Positions 26,801-36,515 of a stretch of DNA of 43,904 nt are shown here, in pieces; positions within the stretch are counted from its first letter, which is position 1, and every line of letters starts with the position of its first letter. Under the pieces are notes generated by a model that saw only the letters and a program-made list of their open reading frames with translations, was not told the origin of the DNA and made no database searches. The stretch is from a virus. Lineage: Duplodnaviria; Caudoviricetes. The stretch is taken from the IMG/VR virus record IMGVR_UViG_3300032024_000001, positions 1-43,904 of that record; one strand, written 5' to 3'. A program made the position numbers and the translations under genes.

Positions 26801-28792
26801 CTTCATAACAAGAGCAGTTCTTTTAGCAGCTCTCTCAGACATACGAAGTGCACTGTCCTCGAACCAAGTAGGGAATCTACCTGTACCAAAGATCCAGTTA
26901 CCTACTTTAGATCTAGCTAAAGCAGATACATCCATACCTAAGATAGAAGTCTTAACAGCATCTTTACCAAATAGTCTTAGAGAAAGCTCATCGTACTCTT
27001 TCTTCCAATTCCACTCAAGATAGAACTGCTTAGGCTCTTTAGAAGCTATATTGATTTGTCTTGTAGAGATAACATTAGGTACAACTTCTGTATCTATTTT
27101 ATTGTTATCTGCAATCTTAGCTTCTCTTTCCTGAGTAAGCTTAAGAACTTCTCTATCTTTGATCTCAGTAAGTTTAGCAGCAGCTTCTTCTTTAGTAAGA
27201 GTAGTTTCAGGGTTATTAGTAACTCTTTCATTAAATCTAGTTTCAATAGCAGCTAAACGAGCATCTACTTTAGCTCTAAACTCTTCATCTGAATCTATAA
27301 CTGCTTTAGCTCTTTTAGTACCTGGGATCTCTTGAGTAACTACTTTAATAGTAGGCTGCCATTTAGGATCAGCAATCAAAGACTCAGGAGTATACTTAAC
27401 ACCAGTAGTAGCATCTACTATGTGCAACTCACCTTTTTGATCTTCAGGTAATCCTTTTCTCTTAGCATCAAATACAGAGTAACCATTTACTACATCATTA
27501 ATATCATAGTAAGTGTGAGTAGCATTGGGACCTAAAATAGCTCTACCCTCAAATACATTGTCTGTAATTAAAACATTAGATAAAGATTGATTGTAGTAAG
27601 GACCTCTAGACTCTTGTAAAAGTTTGTAGGTAGCATCTATGTCCTCTAATCTTCTAGTAGCATTCTGAATGTTAGGATCAAACATTTCATTTAAGAAATC
27701 AGAAGAGATCTCTTTGTCTGCTTCTATGATTGCTTTTGCTAAATCAGGATGAGTTTTTAATTCAGCTTTACTTAGAGAATTAGGGAATACAAACTCATTG
27801 ATAAGAGTACCTTTAGTAGTACCTAACGATGTAGCAATAGAACCAGTAGGGTCAGTAATAGCATCATCAATTAAATCTTTAGCTACTGCAGGGTTAGCTG
27901 CAATAGTAGTTTTAAGAGGAGACTCAGGACGAACCTTAGGTCCAAGACCTCTTCTTACTTTACCTAAAGTTTTAGCTGCAATACCTACAGGAACAAAGTT
28001 AACTGGATCAGCAATAACACTGGTTGTTAAAGCAGTACCACCACTTAGACCTGAGTTAATTAAAGTCTCTTCAATCTTCTTAGCAGGTACACCAAGTAGA
28101 CTTAACTTCTCAAAGATAGATTCTTTAATACGAAGAACATTAGGATCAGTAGGATTATCTTGTAAGATAGCTGACCATTCTTTAGCTAAGTCTTGACCTG
28201 CTAGTGCATCCATTCTACCTACAGCAGTAATAACACCTGCTACACCAGCAATAGCACCAGTACCAATATCACTCAATACAGAACCTGAAGCTCCCATCCA
28301 ATCAGAAAGAGTAGTTGCTGAATTAACAATGTCTTCTTTCTGTTGCTCAGATGCAAGTTTACCAAGACGAAGTTGTAAGTTCTTTACAATCTCATCTTGG
28401 GCTTCTTTTTCTTTATGAGTAGTACCTACTTCAGTTGCTGCTACTTTCTGCACATACTTATCTCTAAGATCTTTAGATAGATATCCACCAGTAGCATACA
28501 ACTCAAGAGCACTTCTCTTTTGATCCATAGGAACAGACTCATCCTCTATAAACAATTTTACAGAGTCTTTGAGTGCTAAGTCTTGTTCCTTTTCCCAAGC
28601 TGCCTTTGCATTATCTACTATGTCTGACTGACCTTTTTGACGTAGTTCTGCTGCAATAGTTTTAAAGTCTTCAATAGGATTAGGACTAGAAGAACCAGCA
28701 GTATAGAAAGCAGTATCTAGATTAGCTTCTTCAGATAAAATAGGGTTGCTTGTTTCTACTGGAGGTAGTACTAAGTTTGGATCAAGTGCCAT
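23891..28792 (-). CDS. Large internal virion (ejection) protein
   Basis: 1633 aa; position after the tail genes typical of podovirus core proteins. Confidence 0.75.
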   Translation of the reverse strand: MALDPNLVLPPVETSNPILSEEANLDTAFYTAGSSSPNPIEDFKTIAAELRQKGQSDIVDNAKAAWEKEQDLALKDSVKLFIEDESVPMDQKRSALELYATGGYLSKDLRDKYVQKVAATEVGTTHKEKEAQDEIVKNLQLRLGKLASEQQKEDIVNSATTLSDWMGASGSVLSDIGTGAIAGVAGVITAVGRMDALAGQDLAKEWSAILQDNPTDPNVLRIKESIFEKLSLLGVPAKKIEETLINSGLSGGTALTTSVIADPVNFVPVGIAAKTLGKVRRGLGPKVRPESPLKTTIAANPAVAKDLIDDAITDPTGSIATSLGTTKGTLINEFVFPNSLSKAELKTHPDLAKAIIEADKEISSDFLNEMFDPNIQNATRRLEDIDATYKLLQESRGPYYNQSLSNVLITDNVFEGRAILGPNATHTYYDINDVVNGYSVFDAKRKGLPEDQKGELHIVDATTGVKYTPESLIADPKWQPTIKVVTQEIPGTKRAKAVIDSDEEFRAKVDARLAAIETRFNERVTNNPETTLTKEEAAAKLTEIKDREVLKLTQEREAKIADNNKIDTEVVPNVISTRQINIASKEPKQFYLEWNWKKEYDELSLRLFGKDAVKTSILGMDVSALARSKVGNWIFGTGRFPTWFEDSALRMSERAAKRTALVMKTIQSKIGSTKHPKELSKLINEAESKGIEHFSTKDIASRFPNLTTKEVDDLFTTHVYWRRVNHWNWTLANYQYINELYNDGFSKGLYVDSKYIGAVKQDITFKHEGEIPKKVWDYETNSAVSFTMLPTKKGAGIYDVSTKQLVQLKKSETNDSGQTFPYALVGDTKTKLDILPSNVLPRIPGYSPVKTDAHFFIDKTPTKLEISGRTVTDPNILRAYTETVASAKTQYEANMLRKEFEERYPDHIVKDRPDRGASYGRIIDESEAHANLLRNAMQRGDRLEGTGTIEDRLITLIDTSQSLARQNSMRVWEDTTQKAFVKDYSQFLVDDKFPESSNDIHPLPNMNREELRAFQEANRVFEYYAKLKSFSTFGDAVWKDTFHGLADIFEQWKIPANLVRDVANKGNLIAEIPKQLASTMFIHLNPIKQWIIQPAQLLELYSIYPTTALKNFADLGAIRIALASKSPIFKGKATLFEDLARKMAPGMDKVEFNKTVKAIEDSGLLQSIDHNLLVHGVFNDVSRGLNEGTWEGAYRNLTAIPKAVVKGSRAVGFDFSELNNRIGIWLQVRDIWKSRNPGKDWDTLETKEYISVEANKLAGSMNKAGSLPYQKGALAVLFQFAAISQKQTLNLLQDNATLLSPNRRAALAATRAALWGTKYGLIGGAAIYYYIDRSENEEVRKYADDLKVGLADRAFNQFLKAVTGSEYSEVNISTTMSPYGNSTIGLPYVDVLFEMAKLVDDKPTSARFPALGAVDTATSAINTFQSYFITEELTLENTGKAFMEAASVASGMSNWSKAQLMFAMGDKVTKNGNHLGLKASKAEALAQMFGFTTTREEAYYEIFNATMEDKAGIDQMATDIHQQLMLKKKRDGNTHAAMDYQAMNSFIAVLKDSNDWPQSRINKVIEKVIEKDRQSYLDSDISILMDLVKNGADMNDKRVQYIIPKLESTLNPETEEGKVTQDLIDILKNRGQL

Positions 28793-28816
28793 TGTTTATT
28801 ATTCCTATAAAACTTC

Positions 28817-29470
28817 TTAAGAACTGAATATAGTTTTGATACCACCAAACTGAGTAGATACATCTTTACCTAGAGAAGCTAGGCTAGTCCAACCAGTAGC
28901 TTCATTACTTGCTTGATAAGTAGCACTAGCAGCATTAGCAGCAGTTACGTTACCAGCAGATTGTTCAGAAGCAAAAGATTGAGTTTGATTAATGAAACCA
29001 ATGTTAGCACCTAATTGGCTAGTCAAAGAACCACCTGATCCTATAACAGCAGAAGTACCTGTAGCACCTGTACCACTACGCACAGTAGAAGCAAGTATGT
29101 TACCTCTTCTAATATTCATCTCTCTTATTTGAGAAATACGAGCTCTTTGAGCATTTAGATTAGATTGTCTTTCTTGAGAAGCTTGTACTTCATTAGCAGC
29201 AGCTACTCTAGCTTGCTCACTTTCTTGCATTTGTTGAGCAGCAGCATTAGCTTTAACCATTCCAACACCTTGTAGAGCTAGACCACCCATTGAAGCTAGA
29301 CCTGATGCACCTGCAAGGAAAGGACCACCATAGTAAACAGCAGCAGCTACTGCAGCAACCTTAGCTACTATAGCAATGGTTTTCTTTTCAGCCATAGGTC
29401 TATGATCTTTAAAACCAGCTCTATGATGTACCTCCATAGATTCCCATTTACCACCACCTAAGTATTCCAT
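28817..29470 (-). CDS. Internal virion protein (T7 gp14-like position)
   Basis: Likely start 29470 (SD GGAG); hydrophobic Ala/Gly stretch then Gln/Ala coiled coil. Confidence 0.65.
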   Translation of the reverse strand: MEYLGGGKWESMEVHHRAGFKDHRPMAEKKTIAIVAKVAAVAAAVYYGGPFLAGASGLASMGGLALQGVGMVKANAAAQQMQESEQARVAAANEVQASQERQSNLNAQRARISQIREMNIRRGNILASTVRSGTGATGTSAVIGSGGSLTSQLGANIGFINQTQSFASEQSAGNVTAANAASATYQASNEATGWTSLASLGKDVSTQFGGIKTIFSS

Positions 29471-29471
29471 A

Positions 29472-29771
29472 CTATATCTCCAAATAAGACAAAAAGCTTT
29501 CAGTGCCTTCTGTATCTGTTGCTTTGAATCCTGAGAAAACAAAACCAAACATTTGATTAAACTTTAACTCTTTTTCTGTATCACATATTCCGTAAACACT
29601 TGTTATACCCCTATCAAAAAGCATATCTAAAACACTTTCAAATATTTTTAAATACCTTTTAAATTCAGAAGGACTCCAAGAAGTAACATCTGTATGTAAC
29701 ACATAACTATTTAATTCTTTACTAAAACTAAGTCCTAAGAAAGCACCTGGTTCCTTATAAAGAATTTCCAT
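29472..29771 (-). CDS. Putative GNAT-fold tail assembly protein (T7 gp13-like position)
   Basis: KFNQMFGF motif; directly after the nozzle gene; alternative start 29789. Confidence 0.55.
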   Translation of the reverse strand: MEILYKEPGAFLGLSFSKELNSYVLHTDVTSWSPSEFKRYLKIFESVLDMLFDRGITSVYGICDTEKELKFNQMFGFVFSGFKATDTEGTESFLSYLEI

Positions 29772-29775
29772 TTCA

Positions 29776-32025
29776 TTAGACTTTTCCATCTGCAGTTGCT
29801 GTAATAGCCCATCCTAAAATCCGCATATCCTTACCTTCTTCCGATTGGATATAAAGACTTAAAGATCTACCTACACCTCTTAGTTTATTCTTAGTAACTA
29901 TGACAGCTTCTCCATAGTCAAATGCATCAGATACACCTGAAGGAATGTAGTTTCTTAATAGTTTATAAGCTTGGAAAGAGTTACCCCATTTACCACTATT
30001 AGCTGAGTTAGCCCAGTTCCATTGTGCTTGTACTAAACAAGAGGATTGGTTGTTTAACTCAAGGTTATCATTATCTAATACAAAACCATCTTCTGTTCTA
30101 TCAAAGTAAAAGTGTATGTAAGGTACTTGTTTAAATCTAGATAGATCACCAAACAATTCGTAACCTGTAACCATATAACTTAAATAGTTTTTACCTACAC
30201 CTGAGTTAGCAGAAGGCCAATCAGTAAAAGTAGGACTACTGTACTTAGATAAAGTGAATGAGGTACCAGTAATAGTCAAAAAACTAAACTGAGAGCTTCT
30301 ACTTGATACTACATCTTGTTCAATTACAACAGCATCACCTGATGTAATAATAACAGCATCTGCACCTACAGCAATATCAGTATCAATGTTAGCTACTGAG
30401 TAACCTGGAATATCTACATAGTCACATATGTAAGGTGAGTTAAGATCTAAGCTAGCTATAGTAGAAGTATAGAATGCTTGTAGAGTAAGGTCTAACACAA
30501 GCTCTCTGTTATACTTATTTATGTAAGCAGTTTCAGAGTAGGTATCAGTATCATTATATAACCATCTTACTCTATTTTCTTTCTCATCATAAAAACCTTT
30601 ACAATTGTTTTTAGCTAAGTCAGGTATTTTTAAGAATAAAGATTGAATGGTTGCTAAAGAAATAGTCTGAGCAGTAAATCTACCATTAACTGAATCTTGA
30701 GCTAGAGTATAAATACCAGCTTTAGACCAGTAGATAAAACTACCATTAGTTTCTACAATAGATTTAGCATTAAGAATACCAGTACTAGAGATCTTACTTA
30801 CTTGGAATGATGTAGCAATAAAGCCACCAGTATCACCATATAGTTCCCATATACCATTCTCTGCAAAGATAACAAGAGATGATTGAGATGCTACTATTTT
30901 AATAATATTAGTAGCTTCAGGAATCTGAATAGTACCACCATCTGATGCAATTAAGTCATTAATGTTTTCATCAGTAGGATCAGCCTCTTGATAACAATTA
31001 CCAAGTTTACCATTATCTGTAACAATTTGACTAAAGAATATATAACCAGAGTAGTTAGGAGATTTAGAGTCAGCACCAGTAATGTTAGATGTAATACCTG
31101 AGTAGAACACACGACTAGCATAAGAAGCTACAGTAGTAAATGTACCATTCTCATGATCTGTAGGTAAACCTGTAAGTCCAGTAATAGTAGCTCTTTGACT
31201 GCCTCTTGTAAAGGCATCAATGATGTGACTACCTCTAGATACTAAAGAGTTAGCTACTGAGTTCTTTTGTAGTACAGAAGGAACGTAGTATTCAAATGAG
31301 GAGCTAACAGCATTGCCATCTTTACCTAGAGTCCAGATATCAGCATTACTTGGATAGAAGCTAAGATCAGTGTAAGTCTTATCAATAGCATCAGCACCAC
31401 CTACAGTCTCAATTCTAGGAGACCAGCCTTGATTGCGTAGGTTGTACTTATGTAGATTAGAGAGAGTAGTAGGTCTTTCATCAATGCCTAAGTTATCTGC
31501 TACACCCCAAATATCTCTAGTAAGGATAGATACTTGAGCTTGAGTTACAGCATCAGTAGTAGGATTATAAGTTAGTAGTATGGGTAAAGGTAAATCTTTA
31601 GATACTAAAACTAAACTATTGTTGATAATAGAAGTTTCTAAATCGCTATTAGCTAATCCACTTATAGTTAAAGCTGCACCACCATTAAGTAAAGATGCAG
31701 AAGGACTACTAGCAAGTAAGTCCATAAACCAAAGTTTATTATAAATACGAACTACACCAATAGATACAGATGAGCTGCCTCCAGGTGATGTCCATTTATG
31801 AAAAGATTGTTTACCTGAAGAAAGGATAGATGTAGCAAAACCTGTAGATGTAAGAGCACCATAGTCCTCATAATCCACACCTAGTCTTCTGTATCTAGAA
31901 CCTGTTCTTAATAGAACAAAGTTATCTTCATCTATAGAAGCATTCTCAGGGAATGTAAGAGGACTAGCCTCTGTTACTATACCCTTAACAAAACTTCTGT
32001 AAACCTTTTCGGTAGCAGATGCCAT
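29776..32025 (-). CDS. Tail tubular protein B / nozzle
   Basis: 749 aa beta-rich; FVKGIVTEASPLTFPENAS N-terminus; synteny. Confidence 0.8.
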   Translation of the reverse strand: MASATEKVYRSFVKGIVTEASPLTFPENASIDEDNFVLLRTGSRYRRLGVDYEDYGALTSTGFATSILSSGKQSFHKWTSPGGSSSVSIGVVRIYNKLWFMDLLASSPSASLLNGGAALTISGLANSDLETSIINNSLVLVSKDLPLPILLTYNPTTDAVTQAQVSILTRDIWGVADNLGIDERPTTLSNLHKYNLRNQGWSPRIETVGGADAIDKTYTDLSFYPSNADIWTLGKDGNAVSSSFEYYVPSVLQKNSVANSLVSRGSHIIDAFTRGSQRATITGLTGLPTDHENGTFTTVASYASRVFYSGITSNITGADSKSPNYSGYIFFSQIVTDNGKLGNCYQEADPTDENINDLIASDGGTIQIPEATNIIKIVASQSSLVIFAENGIWELYGDTGGFIATSFQVSKISSTGILNAKSIVETNGSFIYWSKAGIYTLAQDSVNGRFTAQTISLATIQSLFLKIPDLAKNNCKGFYDEKENRVRWLYNDTDTYSETAYINKYNRELVLDLTLQAFYTSTIASLDLNSPYICDYVDIPGYSVANIDTDIAVGADAVIITSGDAVVIEQDVVSSRSSQFSFLTITGTSFTLSKYSSPTFTDWPSANSGVGKNYLSYMVTGYELFGDLSRFKQVPYIHFYFDRTEDGFVLDNDNLELNNQSSCLVQAQWNWANSANSGKWGNSFQAYKLLRNYIPSGVSDAFDYGEAVIVTKNKLRGVGRSLSLYIQSEEGKDMRILGWAITATADGKV

Positions 32026-32310
32026 TTAGTCTTCCTTGCTAGGAGCTACTTTACTTTTAGTTTGTTTAACTGCTACTACTTCTTCTTCTTTAGGAGCTTC
32101 TTTTTCTTCTTGCTTTACTTCTACAGGTTGTTTAGCTAAACCTTCTAGGTAACCTACAATAGCTCTAGATGCAAATGATTCTGAAGTATAAAAACCAGAT
32201 AATTCTTGAGGTAACTCACCACCTGAACCAAACTGAATCTTAATGTGAGCAGTCTTAGGATCTCTTACGATTTGAATTTCTTTACCATTAGGAGTTGTGT
32301 ATGTTTTCAT
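32026..32310 (-). CDS. Hypothetical protein
   Basis: GGELPQELSGFYTS motif; between the tail genes. Confidence 0.75.
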   Translation of the reverse strand: MKTYTTPNGKEIQIVRDPKTAHIKIQFGSGGELPQELSGFYTSESFASRAIVGYLEGLAKQPVEVKQEEKEAPKEEEVVAVKQTKSKVAPSKED

Positions 32311-32408
32311 TTAGGCTTCTTTTTAGTTGGTTTAGATTTCTTTTTCTTACTTACAGTAGACTTACTATACTTTTCTTTATTTACAAAAGAAGTATCAGTT
32401 GATAACAT
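32307..32408 (-). CDS. Small Lys-rich peptide (33 aa; not in ORF track)
   Basis: TAAATG coupling upstream, ATGA coupling downstream; MLSTDTSFVNKEKYSKSTVSKKKKSKPTKKKPK. Confidence 0.55.
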   Translation of the reverse strand: MLSTDTSFVNKEKYSKSTVSKKKKSKPTKKKPK

Positions 32409-33158
32409 TTACTTTCTCCCATAGTTAGGGTAAGAGATACCTCTTTTAATTCTCCAAGCGTCTTGACTCATTCTACGCTTTTGTGACATAGAAGCTTGTT
32501 CTGCTTTAATATTAGGTAACTGTTTAAGAACAGCAAAGCAATTAGACTTAGCTTCATTCAAAAGATAAGAGAACATTTGTACTGGTAGATCTGGAGTAAA
32601 AGAATCTAGAAGAGAGAAGGTTACTGATCTTTTACCGTAACATTGTGTCTTAGAGTTCTGTAATGCAGAATCAATGTCAGAGTCATAAGAGTCAAATACA
32701 AGGTCTTCATCATTAAAGGAAGTGAAGTATTGAGGAGCTCTATCTGTGAATGCATTTATCTTTACTCCACTAGAGTCAGTCTCTACTAAAATATTAGTAG
32801 CAGTACTATCTCTTTTATCTGTAATCTCAAGGAAAGCCTCAGGATCTTTATATATTACTTTAGTTAATTTATTCTTAGTTTCACCTTGCTTAATAGCATT
32901 GTACTTAATCCACTCCAAGTCAATCACTGTACTAGGTAACTTCATAAATGTAGGTTTAGCTGCAACACCACTAGGCTCTAACTGAAATAACTCTTTAAGC
33001 CAAGGGTAATCCTTACCATCAATAATATTGTAGTAAGTAGACTTAATCATCTGAGCTACTTGTAAAGCCTCTACACTATCATTAATAGAGTTTACCTCAT
33101 CAGAATCCATATCTGATAAGATGTCTTGTACAATCTCAAGAAGAGTCATTTTAGCCAT
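32409..33158 (-). CDS. Tail tubular protein A / head-tail adaptor
   Basis: MTLLEIVQDILSDMDSDEVNSI N-terminus; synteny. Confidence 0.8.
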   Translation of the reverse strand: MAKMTLLEIVQDILSDMDSDEVNSINDSVEALQVAQMIKSTYYNIIDGKDYPWLKELFQLEPSGVAAKPTFMKLPSTVIDLEWIKYNAIKQGETKNKLTKVIYKDPEAFLEITDKRDSTATNILVETDSSGVKINAFTDRAPQYFTSFNDEDLVFDSYDSDIDSALQNSKTQCYGKRSVTFSLLDSFTPDLPVQMFSYLLNEAKSNCFAVLKQLPNIKAEQASMSQKRRMSQDAWRIKRGISYPNYGRK

Positions 33159-33161
33159 ATG

Positions 33162-33818
33162 CTACTCCGTTAACCTAATTGCTGTAAGACCTGCTTCATT
33201 TACTGTAATAGTTGTACCTGAAGAAGTAGCATCACCTGCTACATGAATAGATAATACATCATTTGCTGAAACAGTTACAAGACCTGTAGCGCATAGTGAA
33301 ATTAAATCAGCACCATTAGTGTATTTACTTACTTTAAGAATTCTAGAACCTGGAGTACCATTAATAGCATATTTAAAATTATATACAGTACCTGTAGCTA
33401 CAGATGCTGTTGTAAAAGCAACCCAAAAGCTAACCATATAAGTACCAGCTTCTGTAAGAGTAATCGTACCATCGGTACCATTAATTGTTAAACCTTTGTA
33501 TGCACCAGCTGTCCATTCAGAACCTGGATCTAGTTTAGCATAAGCAGAGCCTGCTGAAAGAGTTTGAGAGGTAGCACCTCCATCAATATACATATCAGCA
33601 TATAACTTACCAGCAGGGTATTGCAATGTACCTGCACCTGCACCATTCGTTACATATACTTTATTTGCTACAGCTCCTACAGTCCCTGCAGGTTTAACGT
33701 CCTGCCAACTACCACTACCTGAACCATCTGCTGCATATACTTGATTTGCGAGTGCAGTTGAGGTACCCTTAGGCTCATGGATATCTGGATCTGTAATTAA
33801 TTTATGCTGAATAGTTAT
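33162..33818 (-). CDS. Virion structural protein, probable non-canonical ATA start (218 aa)
   Basis: Frame is open upstream of the track's TTG (33626) to ATA-ACT-ATT-CAG-CAT (xTIQHKLITDPDIHEPKG); in-frame TAG at ~33850 with no ATG/GTG/TTG in between. Confidence 0.7.
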   Translation of the reverse strand: MTIQHKLITDPDIHEPKGTSTALANQVYAADGSGSGSWQDVKPAGTVGAVANKVYVTNGAGAGTLQYPAGKLYADMYIDGGATSQTLSAGSAYAKLDPGSEWTAGAYKGLTINGTDGTITLTEAGTYMVSFWVAFTTASVATGTVYNFKYAINGTPGSRILKVSKYTNGADLISLCATGLVTVSANDVLSIHVAGDATSSGTTITVNEAGLTAIRLTE

Positions 33819-33828
33819 GATTTTACCC

Positions 33829-34170
33829 TTACCTTTCGAGACTTCGTTCTAAGTTTACTACTTTTAAAACAGATTCAACTGTTTGATCTGGGAAAGGACT
33901 AATCTTTCCTCCAAAATGATAATGAAATAAACTATGGCAGTTTGCACATAAAACAACTGCAGTACCTGCTTTTATATCCTGAACATTATACATTAGGTCT
34001 TGACTTCTTTTATACCGTTTAGCTTCTTTGCTTAAATGGTGTACTTCTAAAAAACCAGGATGGTGTTCCTTACATGAAAGGCATCCAATATCCGAGATAT
34101 ATTTCTTTAATTTACTTCTTCTAGTAGCTTGAGATATTCCATTTTTAAGTCTTTTCTCAGCTATCGTCAT
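33829..34170 (-). CDS. HNH homing endonuclease
   Basis: CLSC...LEVHH...LCANCH. Confidence 0.85.
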   Translation of the reverse strand: MTIAEKRLKNGISQATRRSKLKKYISDIGCLSCKEHHPGFLEVHHLSKEAKRYKRSQDLMYNVQDIKAGTAVVLCANCHSLFHYHFGGKISPFPDQTVESVLKVVNLERSLER

Positions 34171-34183
34171 ATCTTTTCCTTAG

Positions 34184-34218
34184 AAAAAAGGGAAGCCCTC
34201 TTTATGAGAAAGCCTCCC
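34184..34218 (-). terminator. Rho-independent terminator
   Basis: GGGAGGCTTTCT...AGAGGGCTTCCC + T6 on the minus strand. Confidence 0.85.
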
Positions 34219-34237
34219 TAATCTTAATATTTACTAA

Positions 34238-34720
34238 TTAAGGAGCTACTGGTAAATATTGAACTACTAAACGAGCTTCACCTGTTAACAAGTCAGCTAC
34301 TGAAGGAGTAACAACTACCTCACCAGCTGCAGCACCGATAGAAGCACCAACCAAGGCACCAGAACCAGTGATCAAACCAACTGCACCGATTGTGTCTTGA
34401 GTAGCGTTAGCAGCAGTTACCAAACCGTCTAGATCGATATCAGTACCATCAGCTTGCTCTAAACCTACAGTTAAATCAGTAGTAGTAGAAGTTGAAGTAA
34501 AGCCTGTGATAATTTCTAAACGAGCATTCAAGATCTTAGCGTAAGCTGGGATAGAATACTGAAGTTTGTTAGTGCCACCTGCAGGTAGATCACTGTATGA
34601 GAATGTCCAGGCTGCTGTTTTAATTAGATCGTCATCTACTTGACCACCAAATTTCTGGTTAGTAGTACGAACACCGTAGTGGTTTGCAACGCCACGTTTT
34701 GCATCAATTTCGAAAGTCAT
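34238..34720 (-). CDS. Structural protein (head decoration / minor capsid candidate)
   Basis: Follows the major capsid gene; beta-rich. Confidence 0.65.
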   Translation of the reverse strand: MTFEIDAKRGVANHYGVRTTNQKFGGQVDDDLIKTAAWTFSYSDLPAGGTNKLQYSIPAYAKILNARLEIITGFTSTSTTTDLTVGLEQADGTDIDLDGLVTAANATQDTIGAVGLITGSGALVGASIGAAAGEVVVTPSVADLLTGEARLVVQYLPVAP

Positions 34721-34754
34721 TTTATATCCTTTTAATAATTAGATTTAAGATTTA

Positions 34755-34781
34755 GAGAAGAGGGTTACCTAAATAACCCCC
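34755..34781 (-). terminator. Hairpin / weak terminator after the major capsid gene
   Basis: GGGGGTTA-TTTAGG-TAACCCTC then TTCTCT. Confidence 0.55.
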
Positions 34782-34793
34782 TAACACTAATAC

Positions 34794-35777
34794 TTAGTAA
34801 GAAGAACCACTAGTTAAGATAACACCTAGAGTATCTAAACGTTGAGCACCGAAGCCAAAGCGTGAGGTTACTTGGAACTTATCAGCACGTTCTTCGCTAT
34901 CTCTCCAACCTTCTGTTAATGGATTGCGTCTCCAAGCATGCATGATAGGTTTAGTACTATCATCAGCAACACTCATAAACACGTTAGCTACGTCACCGAT
35001 TTCAGCAGTGTCATTAGCTAGACCATAAGAAGAAGCGTTCAATGCTTCAGTTGCAGTTTTAACTGGCAAGTAGTTAGAAGTCCAGATATCAAAGCCCATG
35101 ATGTTTTTAACGAACTTGTGATCACGAGAGAAACCTTCTGTTACGATACCTTCAAACATTGGGTTGTTTGATACGTTAACCAAGTTAGTCAAGCTATTTA
35201 AAGTAGCTTCAACGATTGGGTCAACGATAGCAATACGACCACCTGCAGGTACACCAGCTTTATCAAAAGCTAATTTCATAGCAATGAAGTCTGACAAAGT
35301 CATAACACGGCTAGTACCAGCAGCACCACCAGCAACCCAACGATGTGGACGACCATTTACTAAGTTAACGTTAGCTGCAGTTTGAGCAGTACCAGCTACA
35401 GATAAGAAACGAGACTCATGGTTCTCACCTAGAGCACGAGTAGATTCCATAGCACGCATAGCCATCAATGAGTCTACTTGTGAACCATCTTCACGTAGAT
35501 CATCAGATACTTTCCAAGCATCACCAACATAGTCAGTAATAGCCAAAGAGATAGTACCAGTATCAATTGGATTGAATACTAATGGTGTATCTTCAGCTGC
35601 ATCTTGAAGAGTTACAGTACCAACTGTTTTAATGTTTAGATTAGTACCAGAACCGAAGTCAGATACATCTCTCCACATACCTTCAGGTAGCAAGTAGTCA
35701 TGCAAGTTATCTAAAATAAATTGAGAATATTGCTGTGCCTCGACAAAGGCAGTTGTATTAGATGTTAATTGTGACAT
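34794..35777 (-). CDS. Major capsid protein
   Basis: 327 aa after the scaffold; GFDIWTSNYLP and RFGFG motifs. Confidence 0.88.
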   Translation of the reverse strand: MSQLTSNTTAFVEAQQYSQFILDNLHDYLLPEGMWRDVSDFGSGTNLNIKTVGTVTLQDAAEDTPLVFNPIDTGTISLAITDYVGDAWKVSDDLREDGSQVDSLMAMRAMESTRALGENHESRFLSVAGTAQTAANVNLVNGRPHRWVAGGAAGTSRVMTLSDFIAMKLAFDKAGVPAGGRIAIVDPIVEATLNSLTNLVNVSNNPMFEGIVTEGFSRDHKFVKNIMGFDIWTSNYLPVKTATEALNASSYGLANDTAEIGDVANVFMSVADDSTKPIMHAWRRNPLTEGWRDSEERADKFQVTSRFGFGAQRLDTLGVILTSGSSY

Positions 35778-35807
35778 TTTTATTTCCTTTATTATTAATT
35801 AAATTTA

Positions 35808-36515
35808 TTAAGTATTTGCTGTTTGTTTAATCTTTTCGCCAGCTACTTTCCATGCAGATACCATATCTCTAGTAGTAGCTCCTTTCGGAACTCTAGATGT
35901 TAGATTAGCATTAGCTTGTGTATTACCTACACTCTGAGTATTAACAGTGCCCTGAGGGGTAGATACAGGGGCAGTCTGTGTGATACCTAGTCCTGCTAAT
36001 TTTAGTACTGCTCCTGGGGAGCTTGCAGCTAAAGAGTTTAATTGCTGAACAGTTAAACCTGATTCCTTAGCAATAGTTAAGTAAGCTTCTTCTGCCTTCT
36101 CACCATACTTCTCGGTGAATTTAGATACAACAGAACTAGCATTAGTTTTAGCTACTCTAAGTTTCTCTTTATTCTCGATTGTTTGTTCAACAATTTGAGA
36201 TATCTTATTTGGATCAAAGTCTACAGTCTGAGTTTGTGGCTCTCTTGTTAAACCAGATCTTACTTCTTGAAGTAGTTCTTCAGCAGTAGCTCTCTTACTT
36301 AATTCTTCTTTTACATTAGCTAGTTCAGTCTCTAAAGTCTGAATGTGCTTTTGTGCATGAGGTACAGATTTAAGTGCATCTTCTACTGATTGATACTTCT
36401 TACCAGCTCCTACTAATTCTGCAGCTTCTGTCGGAATCTGGAATTGAGGTGCTTGGTTTACTGCAGGTTCTTGATCACCAGGGGTCTGATTATCAAAAAT
36501 ATTTTCATTACTCAC
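35808..36515 (-). CDS. Capsid scaffolding protein
   Basis: Coiled-coil, KYQSVEDALKS...HIQTLE; between portal and capsid. Confidence 0.8.
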   Translation of the reverse strand: MSNENIFDNQTPGDQEPAVNQAPQFQIPTEAAELVGAGKKYQSVEDALKSVPHAQKHIQTLETELANVKEELSKRATAEELLQEVRSGLTREPQTQTVDFDPNKISQIVEQTIENKEKLRVAKTNASSVVSKFTEKYGEKAEEAYLTIAKESGLTVQQLNSLAASSPGAVLKLAGLGITQTAPVSTPQGTVNTQSVGNTQANANLTSRVPKGATTRDMVSAWKVAGEKIKQTANT

